From Candidatus Latescibacterota bacterium (GTDB lineage: Bacteria > Latescibacterota > UBA2968 > UBA8231), in NCBI GenBank assembly GCA_964291625.2, contig OZ220090.1:416001-480000 (forward strand): 64,000 nt of DNA, in the 5' to 3' direction. Position 1 is the stretch's first letter. The number at the start of each line of letters is the position of its first letter. This document shows, piece by piece, positions 35,604-45,089 of the stretch. The position numbers and the translations under genes are program-made. The notes beneath the pieces are model-generated. The model saw nothing but the letters and a program-made list of their open reading frames with translations. It was not told the DNA's origin and made no database searches.

Positions 35604-36284
35604 ATGGACGGGAAGACGGCCGCCCTTCAGGCCATCGACAGCGTCCGCCGCTACTACGAAGAGCGGGGGATCTTCATGCGGCGATGGGGCTTCGGCCGCA
35701 GCCCGGCACTCGTCGTCATCGACATGGCCTACGGCTGGACCGACGCGGCCTACGCCACCGGCTCACGGAGGCTGGACGAAGCCGTGGAGGGCATCCGCCG
35801 GCTCCTGCCCCTCTGCCGTGACAGGGGCGTGCCGGTGGTCTACACCACCTCTCCCTACCGGCCCGGGGAAGACGAGGAACCCATGCCCCGGTGCGCGGAC
35901 CCCGCCTCACGGCCCTGGGACGCCCGGGCCTGCGAGATCGACGCCAGGCTGGCGCCGAACCCGGGGGAGCTGGTGATCCTCAAGGAGAACGCCTCGGCCT
36001 TCTTCGGCACCCACCTGGCCCCCTACCTGGTGGAGCGCGGCGTCGACACGGTGCTCGTCACGGGATGCTCCACCAGCGCCTGCGTGCGCGCCACGGCTAC
36101 CGATGCCCGGGCCTATCGCTTCCGGGCGGTCGTGCCCCGCCAGTGCGTGCAGGACCGCTGCGAGGCCGCCCACGAGTACAACCTCTTTGACATCGACGCC
36201 AAGTTCGGGGACGTGGTCGATGTCGAGGAGGCCGCCGCATATCTCCACGGTCTGCCCGAGGAAGGGGCGCCCGGCGCTCCATGA
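35604..36284 (+). CDS. Isochorismatase family cysteine hydrolase
   Basis: VVIDM (Asp), ILKENASAFFGT (Lys) and GCSTSACVRAT (Cys) catalytic triad. Confidence 0.88.
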   Translation: MDGKTAALQAIDSVRRYYEERGIFMRRWGFGRSPALVVIDMAYGWTDAAYATGSRRLDEAVEGIRRLLPLCRDRGVPVVYTTSPYRPGEDEEPMPRCADPASRPWDARACEIDARLAPNPGELVILKENASAFFGTHLAPYLVERGVDTVLVTGCSTSACVRATATDARAYRFRAVVPRQCVQDRCEAAHEYNLFDIDAKFGDVVDVEEAAAYLHGLPEEGAPGAP

Positions 36285-37258
36285 GAATCCTGGTCACCGG
36301 CATCACGGGCCGCATCGGCGGCAATCTGGCGGACCGGCTCGTTCAGAGCGGGCACGAGGTCCGGGGCCTGGTGTGGGAGGGGGACCGGCGTACCGGCAAG
36401 CTGGAAGGCCTCGGGGTGGAACTGATGGAGGGCAGCCTGACCGAGCCCGGGGACGTGGACTCGGCCGTTGACGGCATGGAGGCGGTCTACCACCTCGGGG
36501 CCGCCTTCCAGGGCGGTGGGCCCTTCACCGAGGAAGACTACTTCCGCGTCAACGTGGGTGGCACCTTCCACGTCCTGGAGGCCTGCCGGCGCCAGCCGGG
36601 GTTCCGCCACCTGCTCTTCGCCAGCACGGACGCCCTCTACGAGAAGTACGTCCCGGGCGGCCTGGACCGCCCCATCACCGAGGACACGCCGCGGCGCCCC
36701 TCGGGCTGGTATGCCCTGTCGAAGGCTCTCGGGGAGGAGATGTGCGAGGGGTACTGGCGCAGTTGCCGGCTGCCGGTGACGACCCTGCGCTTCTCCATGG
36801 TCCTCGGCGCCGGGGAGGTCCTCGACTTCCCGCAGTTCTACCTGAGCCGAATGAAGGAAGGCCGCCCCGAGTTGGAGGCTCTGTGGGAGGGGGAGGAGCG
36901 CCTGGTGCTGCTGAAGGACGACGCCGGACGGCCCTGGATGAAGCACGTGGCCGACGTGCGCGACATCGTCCAGGGCTGCCTTTGCGCCCTCGGCAAGAAA
37001 CGGGCCCATGGCCGGCGGTACCAGCTGGCGGGCCCTCGCGCCTTCACCTGGGACGAGGTCATCTACCGGCTCACCGAGATCCTGGGGATCCCCTTCGTCG
37101 TAGTCCGGCCGGGAGGGCTGCCCACCCGCTACGAGTTCGATCTCACGCGCTCGATGCGGGAACTGGGTTTCCGGCCCGAGTACGACATCGTGCGCATGAT
37201 CGTCGATGCCCTCTCCCATCGCCGGGGGGAGCCGACGGGCGTCGTCCCGACATCGTGA
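36281..37258 (+). CDS. NAD-dependent epimerase/dehydratase
   Basis: ILVTGITGRIG and YALSK motifs. ATGA overlap. Confidence 0.88.
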   Translation: MRILVTGITGRIGGNLADRLVQSGHEVRGLVWEGDRRTGKLEGLGVELMEGSLTEPGDVDSAVDGMEAVYHLGAAFQGGGPFTEEDYFRVNVGGTFHVLEACRRQPGFRHLLFASTDALYEKYVPGGLDRPITEDTPRRPSGWYALSKALGEEMCEGYWRSCRLPVTTLRFSMVLGAGEVLDFPQFYLSRMKEGRPELEALWEGEERLVLLKDDAGRPWMKHVADVRDIVQGCLCALGKKRAHGRRYQLAGPRAFTWDEVIYRLTEILGIPFVVVRPGGLPTRYEFDLTRSMRELGFRPEYDIVRMIVDALSHRRGEPTGVVPTS

Positions 37259-37288
37259 GGCCAGGCGGCCGAAAAGAGAGAGGAACGC

Positions 37289-38632
37289 ATGGGGAGTGAC
37301 CTGGAGCGGCTGAAGGACTCCGTCTGCGCCGCAGTCGAGGCCAGCCGTGAGCGCATCGTCTCCCTCGGAGAGTCGGTGATGGACGAGCCGGAGGTCGGGT
37401 TCAAGGAGCACCGCACCGCCGACCGGGTGAAATCGATATTCGAAGAAGCGGGCCTGCCCTTCGAGGAGGGCCTCGCCCTCACGGGAGTGCGAGGGGTCCT
37501 GGAAGGAGGGCGGCCCGGCCCCACGGTCGCCCTCATGGGCGAGCTCGACGCCCTGGTCCTGCCCGGCCATCCGCGCGCCGACGGAACGACCGGTGCGGCC
37601 CACGCCTGCGGCCACAACGCCCAGATCGCCGGTCTCGCGGGCGCCGCCCTGGGCCTGGCCGTGTCGGGCGTCGCCCCGCAGTTGTCCGGGCGCGTCGTGT
37701 TCTTCGCCGTTCCCGCCGAGGAGTACGTGGAGATCGACTACCGTCTCGACCTCGTGCGCCGTGGGCGGACCACCTTCCTGGCCGGCAAGCCGGAACTGCT
37801 GCAACTGGGCGCCTTCGACGACATCGACATGGCGGTGATGATCCACTCGGGCAGCTCCGACACCCTTGAGGGCTCCTACGCCCTGTCCGAATCGTCGAAC
37901 GGCTTCCTGGCCAAGAGCGTCTGCTTCCGCGGCAAGGCCGCGCACTCCGGTCTGGCGCCCGAGCGAGGGGTGAATGCCCTGAACGCCGCGAACCTCGCCC
38001 TCACCGCCATCAACGGCCAACGGGAGACCTTCCGCGACGAGGACTGCGTACGCGTCCATCCCATCCTCACCAAGGGCGGGGACATCGTCAACATCGTCCC
38101 CGCGGAGACGCGCCTGGAGACCTACGTCCGGGCGCGCACCGACCCGGCCATGGAGGACGCGGCCGCCAAGGTCGACCGAGCCATCAGGGGCGCGGCCATG
38201 GCCTTCGGGTGCTCGGTCGAGATCGAGACCCTGCCGGGATACCTGCCCCTCGCCAACGACCCCGGGCTGGCCCGTCTGTTCCGCCGCAGCGCCGGACGCC
38301 TCTTCGGCGAGGGCGAGTACCAGGCCCTCGGCCACGGCGGGGGGTCCACCGACGCGGGGGACCTGAGCCAGATCATGCCGGTCCTGCACCCGGTGATGAC
38401 CGGAGCCCGAGGCGCGGCCCACGGCGTGGACTGGCACATCGCGGATGTCGAGGCCGGGTACATGGCCCCGGCGAAAACGCTGGGAATGATGGCCGTCGAT
38501 CTGCTGGCCGACGACGCCGAGGGCGCCCGCCGGGTGCTGGCCGAGGCCCGGCCGCCGCTCACCCGGGAGGACTACCTCCGGCAGCAGAAGGCGCGGTTCC
38601 AGTCGGAGGTCTACGACCCGGAAGCCGCATGA
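37289..38632 (+). CDS. M20 family amidohydrolase
   Basis: PEVGFKE, GELDAL, HACGHNAQ, VPAEE and GSTD motifs. Confidence 0.88.
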   Translation: MGSDLERLKDSVCAAVEASRERIVSLGESVMDEPEVGFKEHRTADRVKSIFEEAGLPFEEGLALTGVRGVLEGGRPGPTVALMGELDALVLPGHPRADGTTGAAHACGHNAQIAGLAGAALGLAVSGVAPQLSGRVVFFAVPAEEYVEIDYRLDLVRRGRTTFLAGKPELLQLGAFDDIDMAVMIHSGSSDTLEGSYALSESSNGFLAKSVCFRGKAAHSGLAPERGVNALNAANLALTAINGQRETFRDEDCVRVHPILTKGGDIVNIVPAETRLETYVRARTDPAMEDAAAKVDRAIRGAAMAFGCSVEIETLPGYLPLANDPGLARLFRRSAGRLFGEGEYQALGHGGGSTDAGDLSQIMPVLHPVMTGARGAAHGVDWHIADVEAGYMAPAKTLGMMAVDLLADDAEGARRVLAEARPPLTREDYLRQQKARFQSEVYDPEAA

Positions 38633-38708
38633 AGCTCGCATCCCCCCGGCCAGGAGGCCGGCGGCGACAGTCCACGACCACCGCACTACCAGTAGAGAAG
38701 GGACGGAG

Positions 38709-39482
38709 ATGCCGTATCGACTCGGGTTGGTTACCTACCAGCTGGCCAAGGACTGGGACGTGGAGGAGATCATCGCCAACTGCACCGAGACCGGCTTTGA
38801 GGGCGTCGAGTTGCGCACGACCCACGCCCACGGGGTCGAGGTGGAGCTCGACACCGGGCAGCGTCGGGAGGTACGGGCCCGGTTCGCGGACTCGGAGGTG
38901 GCCCTGGTGGGGCTGGGCTCGGCCTTCGAGTACGACTCCGTGGACCCGGCCGAGCTGCGGAGCAACATCGAGGGCACGAAGGAGTATGCCCGCCTCGCCG
39001 CGGACGTCGGCGCCCCGGGAATCAAGGTGCGGCCGAACAAGGTGCACGACGACGAAGGCGTCCCTCGCGAGAGGACCTTCGAGCAGATCGGCCGGGCCCT
39101 GCGCGAGTGCGGAGAGTTCGCCGCCCAGCTCGGCGTCGAGATCCGCCTCGAGGTCCACGGCCGCGTCACCTGCGAGCCGGCGCACATCCGCACCATCCTC
39201 GACCATGCCGACCACCGCAATCTCTTCGCCTGCTGGAACTCGAACCCTCAGGACTGCGATGAGTCGGGCTCCATCGACGCCAATTACGCACTGCTGGAGA
39301 AGGAGATCGGTCTCGTTCACATCAACGAGCTGTGGAGCGGGTACCCGTGGTCTCGCCTCTTCCAGCTGCTGCTCGGCTCGGGCTACGAAGGCTTCACCCT
39401 CGCCGAGATTCCGCCGAGCCGGGACCCGCTGCGGCTGATGCGCTACTACCGCGCCCTGTGGCAGGCCCACGGAGCCGGCTGA
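38709..39482 (+). CDS. Sugar phosphate isomerase/epimerase (AP endonuclease 2 TIM barrel)
   Basis: GFEGVELR, LEVHG, VHINEL and LAE motifs. Confidence 0.8.
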   Translation: MPYRLGLVTYQLAKDWDVEEIIANCTETGFEGVELRTTHAHGVEVELDTGQRREVRARFADSEVALVGLGSAFEYDSVDPAELRSNIEGTKEYARLAADVGAPGIKVRPNKVHDDEGVPRERTFEQIGRALRECGEFAAQLGVEIRLEVHGRVTCEPAHIRTILDHADHRNLFACWNSNPQDCDESGSIDANYALLEKEIGLVHINELWSGYPWSRLFQLLLGSGYEGFTLAEIPPSRDPLRLMRYYRALWQAHGAG

Positions 39483-40321
39483 TGCCCGAGGTCGCCTACG
39501 TCAACGGTGCCTTCCTGCCCATCGAGCGGGCCGTGGTCTCCATCGAGGACCGCGGTTTCCAGTTTGCCGACGGCGTCTACGAGGTGGTCGCCACCTACGG
39601 CGGCCGCCCGTACGCGATGGAGGAGCACCTCCGGCGCCTGCACCGCAGCCTGCGCGAGATCCGCATCGACTTCGACGTGAGCGGCCTTCCGGACCTCGTG
39701 GAGGAGGGGATCCGGCGGTCGGGCTTCGACGAGACCCTGATCTACATCCAGGTCACCCGCGGCGTGGCCCCCCGCAACCACGAGTTCCCCGAAAGGCCTC
39801 CCGTACCGACGGTGGTGATGACGGTGAAGCAGCTGGAACGCCCGGAGCCGCAGCTCTACGAGACCGGCGTCAAGGTGATCACGACCCCGGATCTTCGTTG
39901 GAAGCGCTGCGACATCAAGTCGATCGCGCTGCTGCCGAACATCCTGGCCAAGCAGCAGGCCCAGGAGGCCGGCGCCTACGAGTCCCTGCTGGTGGACGAT
40001 CTCGGCCAGGTGACCGAGGGATCGTCGACCAGCGCCTTCGTGGTCTCCGGTGGCGCCGTGTCCACCTCACCCGCCGGGCCTCACATCCTGCCCTCGATCA
40101 CCCGCGCCATCCTGCTGGAGATCATACGGGACCTGGGGATCCCGCTCCACGAGAGATTCTGCCGGGTCGAGGATTACCTGTCCGCCGACGAAGCTTTCCT
40201 TGCAGGAACGTCGACCGAGGCCATGCCCGTGGTGCAGATCGACGACACCCCGGTCGGAGCCGGCCGGCCCGGTCCTCTGACGAGCCGGATCCGGGACGCC
40301 TTCCTCTCCAGGGTCGGGTGA
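39482..40321 (+). CDS. dat: D-amino acid aminotransferase-like (class IV PLP enzyme)
   Basis: EDRGFQFADGVYEV, HLRRL, QVTRG..PRNH, RW.RCDIKS..LLPN, TEGSS and ILPSITR motifs. Confidence 0.8.
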   Translation: MPEVAYVNGAFLPIERAVVSIEDRGFQFADGVYEVVATYGGRPYAMEEHLRRLHRSLREIRIDFDVSGLPDLVEEGIRRSGFDETLIYIQVTRGVAPRNHEFPERPPVPTVVMTVKQLERPEPQLYETGVKVITTPDLRWKRCDIKSIALLPNILAKQQAQEAGAYESLLVDDLGQVTEGSSTSAFVVSGGAVSTSPAGPHILPSITRAILLEIIRDLGIPLHERFCRVEDYLSADEAFLAGTSTEAMPVVQIDDTPVGAGRPGPLTSRIRDAFLSRVG

Positions 40322-40336
40322 GCCCTTCGTACACAA

Positions 40337-40373
40337 GACGAGGCGGGCCGTCAGTTGCGCGGTCCGCCTCGTC
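40337..40373. terminator. Hairpin between convergent genes
   Basis: GACGAGGCGGGCCG-N9-CGGTCCGCCTCGTC inverted repeat. Confidence 0.55.
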
Positions 40374-40394
40374 CGTCGTCCAAAAGCCGATCGC

Positions 40395-41804
40395 TCAGTG
40401 GATGACGACCATCTTGGTCTCCGTCATCTCGTGGATGGTGTACTTCGGCCCCTCCTTGCCCATTCCGGACTCCTTCAGGCCGCCGTAGGGCATCAGGTCC
40501 GCACGCCACTGGGTACCCCAGTTGATGTGGATGTTCCCCGACTCGACCTGCTGGGCGTATTTCAGGGCCCGGTCGATGTCCTGCGTGAAGATCGACGCCG
40601 ACAGGCCGTAGTTCGTGTCGTTGGCCATGGCGATGGCCGCATCGATGTCGTCGACCCGAGTCAGGGCAACGGCGGGACCGAAGATCTCGTCGCAGGAGAC
40701 GCGCATGGCGGGGGACACGTCGGCCAGGATCGTGGGCTGATGGAGGGTGCCCTCGCGGCCTCCGCCGGTGACCAGGCGGGCCCCGCCGGAGATGGCGTCG
40801 GAGATCCAGCCCTCCACCCGTTCGGCGTCGGACTCGCGGATCATCGGCCCCATGGTGGTCCCGTCCTTCAGGGGGTCGCCGGTGGTAAGGCCTTCCACCT
40901 TGGGGGTCAGGGCGTCGATGAAGTCTCCGTACACGGCGTCCTCAACGAGGATGCGCTGCGCCGAGATGCAGACCTGGCCGGCGTTGGCGAAGCCCGAGGA
41001 GGCCACCCCTTCGGCGACCTTGTCGAGGTCGGCGTCGTCCATGACCACCACGGGCGAGTTCGACCCGAGCTCCATGGTGACCCGCTTCAGGCCGGCGGTC
41101 CTGCAGATGTGCTCGCCCACGTCGCGGGAGCCGGTGAAGGAGATCTTGCGCACCCGCTCGTCGGAGGCGATGGCGTCTCCGATGGCCGCGCCCGATCCGG
41201 TGACCACGCTCACCGCCTCCGGCGGGAAGCCGGCATCGAGCATGATCTCCACCAGCTTGACGCCCGACAAGGGCGTGTCGCTCGCCGGTTTGAGGAGCAC
41301 CGCGTTGCCCGCGGCCAAGGCCGGACCGACCTTGTGGCAGACCAGGTTCAGGGGGAAGTTGAAGGGCGTGATCGCCGCCACCACCCCGCACGGCACACGC
41401 AAGGTGAAGCCGAACTTGCCGGCGCCGTTGGAGGCGGCGCTCAGGTCGAGGGTCTCGCCCGTGAGGCGCTTGGCCTCCTCCGCTGACAGGGTGATCGTCT
41501 CCTGGGCGCGCGCCGCTTCTCCCATGCCTTCGGGGAGGATCTTCCCCTCCTCGAGAGTGATGGTGCGGCCCAGGTCGTCCAGGCGCTCGGTCATCAGGTC
41601 GGCGGCTTTGTGCAGCAACTCGTAGCGCTCGAAAGCGGGCATGCCCCGCATGATCTCGGCGCCGCGAACCGCGGTATCGATCGCTTCGGTCACGTCGTCG
41701 GTCCCGGCCCTCGGCACGGTGTCGACGACGGTGCCGTCGAAGGGATTGAGGACCTCGATCTCGTCCTCCTTGCCGATCCACTGGCCGCCCACATGCATCT
41801 TCAT
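40395..41804 (-). CDS. Aldehyde dehydrogenase family protein
   Basis: ITPFNFP, FTGS, MELG, NAGQVCIS, EIFGP and PYGGLKESG motifs. Confidence 0.93.
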   Translation of the reverse strand: MKMHVGGQWIGKEDEIEVLNPFDGTVVDTVPRAGTDDVTEAIDTAVRGAEIMRGMPAFERYELLHKAADLMTERLDDLGRTITLEEGKILPEGMGEAARAQETITLSAEEAKRLTGETLDLSAASNGAGKFGFTLRVPCGVVAAITPFNFPLNLVCHKVGPALAAGNAVLLKPASDTPLSGVKLVEIMLDAGFPPEAVSVVTGSGAAIGDAIASDERVRKISFTGSRDVGEHICRTAGLKRVTMELGSNSPVVVMDDADLDKVAEGVASSGFANAGQVCISAQRILVEDAVYGDFIDALTPKVEGLTTGDPLKDGTTMGPMIRESDAERVEGWISDAISGGARLVTGGGREGTLHQPTILADVSPAMRVSCDEIFGPAVALTRVDDIDAAIAMANDTNYGLSASIFTQDIDRALKYAQQVESGNIHINWGTQWRADLMPYGGLKESGMGKEGPKYTIHEMTETKMVVIH

Positions 41805-41859
41805 GGCTTTGATCCTGTTTCTGAAGTGGTCAGTTCGTCGAAATCGTGCAGGAAGATAG

Positions 41860-42357
41860 TCACTCCGGCGATTCGAGGTCGAGATGCTCCGCCTGAACCC
41901 CGTCCTTGCCGATGGTCAGCATCCCTGCCAGCCGGGGCTTCCCGAATCGCTTGCGCCCGGCGCTGGCCGGGTTGAAGCAGAGGACCGGCGTCCCGGGCGG
42001 ACCCGACTCCTGCAGGAAGGGGATGTGACTGTGGCCGAAGATGACGACCCGGGTGCCCGGCGGCAGCGGGTCCCCGGAGGCCCCGCCGCCGGGCGGCGTG
42101 TAGATGTGGGTCATGTAGATCGAGACGCCGGCGACGGAGAGGCTGATCGACTCGGGGAGGTGTTCGAGACCGGACCCCTCGTCGACGTTGCCCCGTACGG
42201 CGATCACGGGGGAGAGACTGGACAACTCGTCGAGGATCGACGGGTCCCCCACGTCGCCGGCGTGGAGGATGAGATCCACCCCCTCGTAGAGTTGGAGTAC
42301 CCTCGGGTCGAGGAACCCGTGGGTGTCGGAGACGACGCCGGCCCGCAGGCGGCTCAA
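41860..42357 (-). CDS. YfcE-like metallophosphoesterase
   Basis: SDTHG, HAGD, RGNVD, FGHSH and NP motifs. TTGA overlap start. Confidence 0.88.
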   Translation of the reverse strand: MSRLRAGVVSDTHGFLDPRVLQLYEGVDLILHAGDVGDPSILDELSSLSPVIAVRGNVDEGSGLEHLPESISLSVAGVSIYMTHIYTPPGGGASGDPLPPGTRVVIFGHSHIPFLQESGPPGTPVLCFNPASAGRKRFGKPRLAGMLTIGKDGVQAEHLDLESPE

Positions 42358-43259
42358 GGATCCATGGCGCATCGGAATCCGATGCGCGGTCCCTTGTCGC
42401 GGGGTTTCCCGAAGGCCCGCATGGCGATGCGGATCTGGTGCGAGGGGGACTTGTAGGACCCTCCCTTGACTACCTTCTTCGTACCGGTGGACGGGCCTGG
42501 TGGATCGCGGATCTCCTCCTTCGCTCCGGTGGGGTCCCGGGCTTCCTCCAGCTGGCGGTAGTAGTACACCGCGTACCAGTCCTGGACCCACTCCTCGGCG
42601 TTGCCCGCCATGTCCATGATGCCGAAGGGACTCACCCCGTCGGGATAGGAGCCCACCGGCGCCGTCCACGAATGGCCGTCCTGGTCGTGCCCGGTGCGGG
42701 GGCGGTAGTTGGCCCACCAGATCCCGCCTGAGTAAGGATGCCCGTCGCCCCAGGGGTACTGCCGGTACTCCCTGCCGCGGGCGGCGTACTCCCACTCCGC
42801 CTCGGTGGGCAGGCGCTTCCCCGCCCACCGGCAGTAGGCGTAGGCGTCGTACCAGTTGAGCCCGACGGCCGGCCGCCGGTCCCCGCGCAGATCGTCGTTC
42901 AGGTAGCGCTGCCTGTGCTCCAGGTTCTCCGGCTGATCGGGATGGCTCCACTTGCGGCCGTGGGCGGCGACGCCATCGAGGAATCGCCGGTACTGGGCGT
43001 TGGTCACCTCGTGCTTGTCGAGGTAGTAGCTGCTCAGGTGCACCGCGTGCTCGGGCCTCTCGGCGACATAGGTGAGCAGGTGGCCGTCCGGTGCCTGGCT
43101 GACCTCCTCCTCGCGTCCACCCATGGGAAAGGCGCCCTCCGGGATGAGGACCATCACCGAGCCGTCGTCGGCGGTGATCACGGGGTCGGGCCCGCAGCCG
43201 GGAACGACGAAGCCGGCCAGCAACAGGACCAGGTACCGGAGGCGATGTCCTCCTGTCAT
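42354..43259 (-). CDS. Formylglycine-generating enzyme (SUMF1) domain lipoprotein
   Basis: Lipobox-like VVPGC, F.MG, EVTNAQY, RLPTEAEWEYAARG, DMAGNAEEW and GFRC motifs. Confidence 0.88.
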   Translation of the reverse strand: MTGGHRLRYLVLLLAGFVVPGCGPDPVITADDGSVMVLIPEGAFPMGGREEEVSQAPDGHLLTYVAERPEHAVHLSSYYLDKHEVTNAQYRRFLDGVAAHGRKWSHPDQPENLEHRQRYLNDDLRGDRRPAVGLNWYDAYAYCRWAGKRLPTEAEWEYAARGREYRQYPWGDGHPYSGGIWWANYRPRTGHDQDGHSWTAPVGSYPDGVSPFGIMDMAGNAEEWVQDWYAVYYYRQLEEARDPTGAKEEIRDPPGPSTGTKKVVKGGSYKSPSHQIRIAMRAFGKPRDKGPRIGFRCAMDP

Positions 43260-43330
43260 CGTGCGAAGTCTCCTGTGGTTGGTGTTCATCAGGGTGTAGA
43301 ATGACGGCCCGCCCTCCGGTTCCCGAAAGG

Positions 43331-44770
43331 CTACCATCCGAGGCGCTCCCGAAGGGGAATCGGACGGCCGGAGTCGTCGGAGAGTCGGGACGCCGGGGAG
43401 GAGGCGCGGGTGAGGCGGCTTGCCGCTGCCAGGACCACGAGGGCGGGGAGGACGGCGAGCAGGTCGGGGGGCCATCCTGGGGGAAGGGCGAACATGAAGA
43501 GGATCCAGGAGGCGAAGCCGGCGAGGATCGCGGCGAGGGACCCGACGGCGTTCGCCCCTTTCCACCAGATGCCGGCGGTGAGGGGCACGAAGAGGGTGGC
43601 GAGCAGCACCGACCAGGAATCGACCATCAGATCGTAGACCGAGGTCCGGTGCAGGGCCAGCAGGAGCGCGAACACCCCGAGGACGACGACGGAGAGGCGA
43701 GAGGCCAGCAGACAGGTCCTCTCCGCGACCCGGGGCCGCAGCGCCCGGAGCAGATCCCAGCCGATCACGCTCGAAGGCGCCAGCAGGGCGCTGTCGGCGC
43801 TGGACAACAGGGCCGAGACCAGGGCGCCCATGAACAGCACCAGCGCCGCGGTCGGCAGGTACCGCTGGGCGATCTCCATCATCACCAGGTCGGGATCCGC
43901 CAGGTCGGGGATGAGGACGGCGCCCGCCATGCCGAGGAGGACCGGCAGCAGGCCGACGGTCAGGTAGATCAGCCCCGACAGGTAGGCGCTGCGCACGGCG
44001 ACGCGGTCGTCTCGGCTCGACAGGCTGCGCTGGATCAGGTCCTGGCCCGCGAGGTTCCCGAGGCCGATGACGAGCCACTCGCGGGCATAGCCGAACCACT
44101 CGGTGGCGCCGGCATCCCGGGGATAGAGGTGAAAGCGCTCCTCTGGAATCCGAGCGGCGATCGCCGACCACCCCCCCATGTCGTGCAGGAGCAGAGGCGT
44201 GATCACGACCATGCCGGCGATGAGCACGGAGAGCTGCACGAGGTCGGTCAGGGTCACGGCCCACATGCCGCCGGCGAAGGTGTAGACCAGGACCACGGCG
44301 GCTCCCACCAGGATCGCCACCGTGGGATCCAGGCCGGTGAGAGACTCCAGGATGCGGCCGAAGGCGACCATGAGAGCCGCCACCCACCCCACGTAGGCCG
44401 GCACCGTGCACACGCTGGCCAGCAGGCCGGAGCGCACGTCGAAGCGGTGCGTGAAGAAGGAGGCCACGGTCATCACCCCGGCGCGCCGCAGGGCCCGGAG
44501 GTAGAAGGCCCCGGCCAGGAAGAGGCACAGGGCGGCGCCGAAGGGATCGGCGATGACGGCGAGAAAGCCGCCCTCGTAGGCGGCGCTGGCGGCGCCGATG
44601 CACAGGCCGCCGCCGAACCACGTCGCCGACAGCGTCGCCGTCGCCAGCGGCAGCGACAGCCTTCGGCCGGCCACCAGGTAGTCGGCGGAGCCTGCGACGC
44701 GGCGGCTGGCGTAGATGCCGACGGCGAGCATCACCAGCAGATACAGGCCCAGGCCGGTCATCACGATCAT
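43331..44770 (-). CDS. Sodium:solute symporter (choline transporter-like)
   Basis: DYLVAGRRL, ATWFGG, YTFAGGMWAVTLTDLVQ and LSSADS motifs. Confidence 0.9.
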   Translation of the reverse strand: MIVMTGLGLYLLVMLAVGIYASRRVAGSADYLVAGRRLSLPLATATLSATWFGGGLCIGAASAAYEGGFLAVIADPFGAALCLFLAGAFYLRALRRAGVMTVASFFTHRFDVRSGLLASVCTVPAYVGWVAALMVAFGRILESLTGLDPTVAILVGAAVVLVYTFAGGMWAVTLTDLVQLSVLIAGMVVITPLLLHDMGGWSAIAARIPEERFHLYPRDAGATEWFGYAREWLVIGLGNLAGQDLIQRSLSSRDDRVAVRSAYLSGLIYLTVGLLPVLLGMAGAVLIPDLADPDLVMMEIAQRYLPTAALVLFMGALVSALLSSADSALLAPSSVIGWDLLRALRPRVAERTCLLASRLSVVVLGVFALLLALHRTSVYDLMVDSWSVLLATLFVPLTAGIWWKGANAVGSLAAILAGFASWILFMFALPPGWPPDLLAVLPALVVLAAASRLTRASSPASRLSDDSGRPIPLRERLGW

Positions 44771-44776
44771 GGCGGC

Positions 44777-44782
44777 ATTATA
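44777..44782 (-). promoter_or_regulatory. Perfect -10 box 6 nt upstream of the symporter ATG (possibly leaderless mRNA)
   Basis: Minus strand reads TATAAT-GCCGCC-ATG, with no Shine-Dalgarno. Confidence 0.55.
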
Positions 44783-44984
44783 AGAAAACCGGGGACCGGG
44801 CCGCAGGGCTCCCGGCCCGTCACGCCGGGGGCCGTTGGCGGGAGCCGCCATCCACTGGCGGCCGGGCCGGCGGCTCCCGCCGATTCCGGATCTCACACAA
44901 CTGCGGTTCGAGCCCGGGTAGTAGTGGATAATCTATTGAGGCAGAGGAGATTAGATGCCCCACCAGACTACTCTCCCCGCTTCC

Positions 44985-45000
44985 TGGCACCCCTCTTGCA
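44985..45000 (+). promoter_or_regulatory. Sigma54 (-24/-12) promoter of the pspA operon
   Basis: TGGCAC-CCCTC-TTGCA matches TGGCAC-N5-TTGC(A/T), about 90 nt upstream of pspA. Confidence 0.85.
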
Positions 45001-45089
45001 GGGCAGAAGCCGGATCCCGCACTCCTCGGTGGAGGGGGAGGCACGGAAGGGTTAGTTTTCCACAACCCAGGCTACGAGAGAGACGAGCG

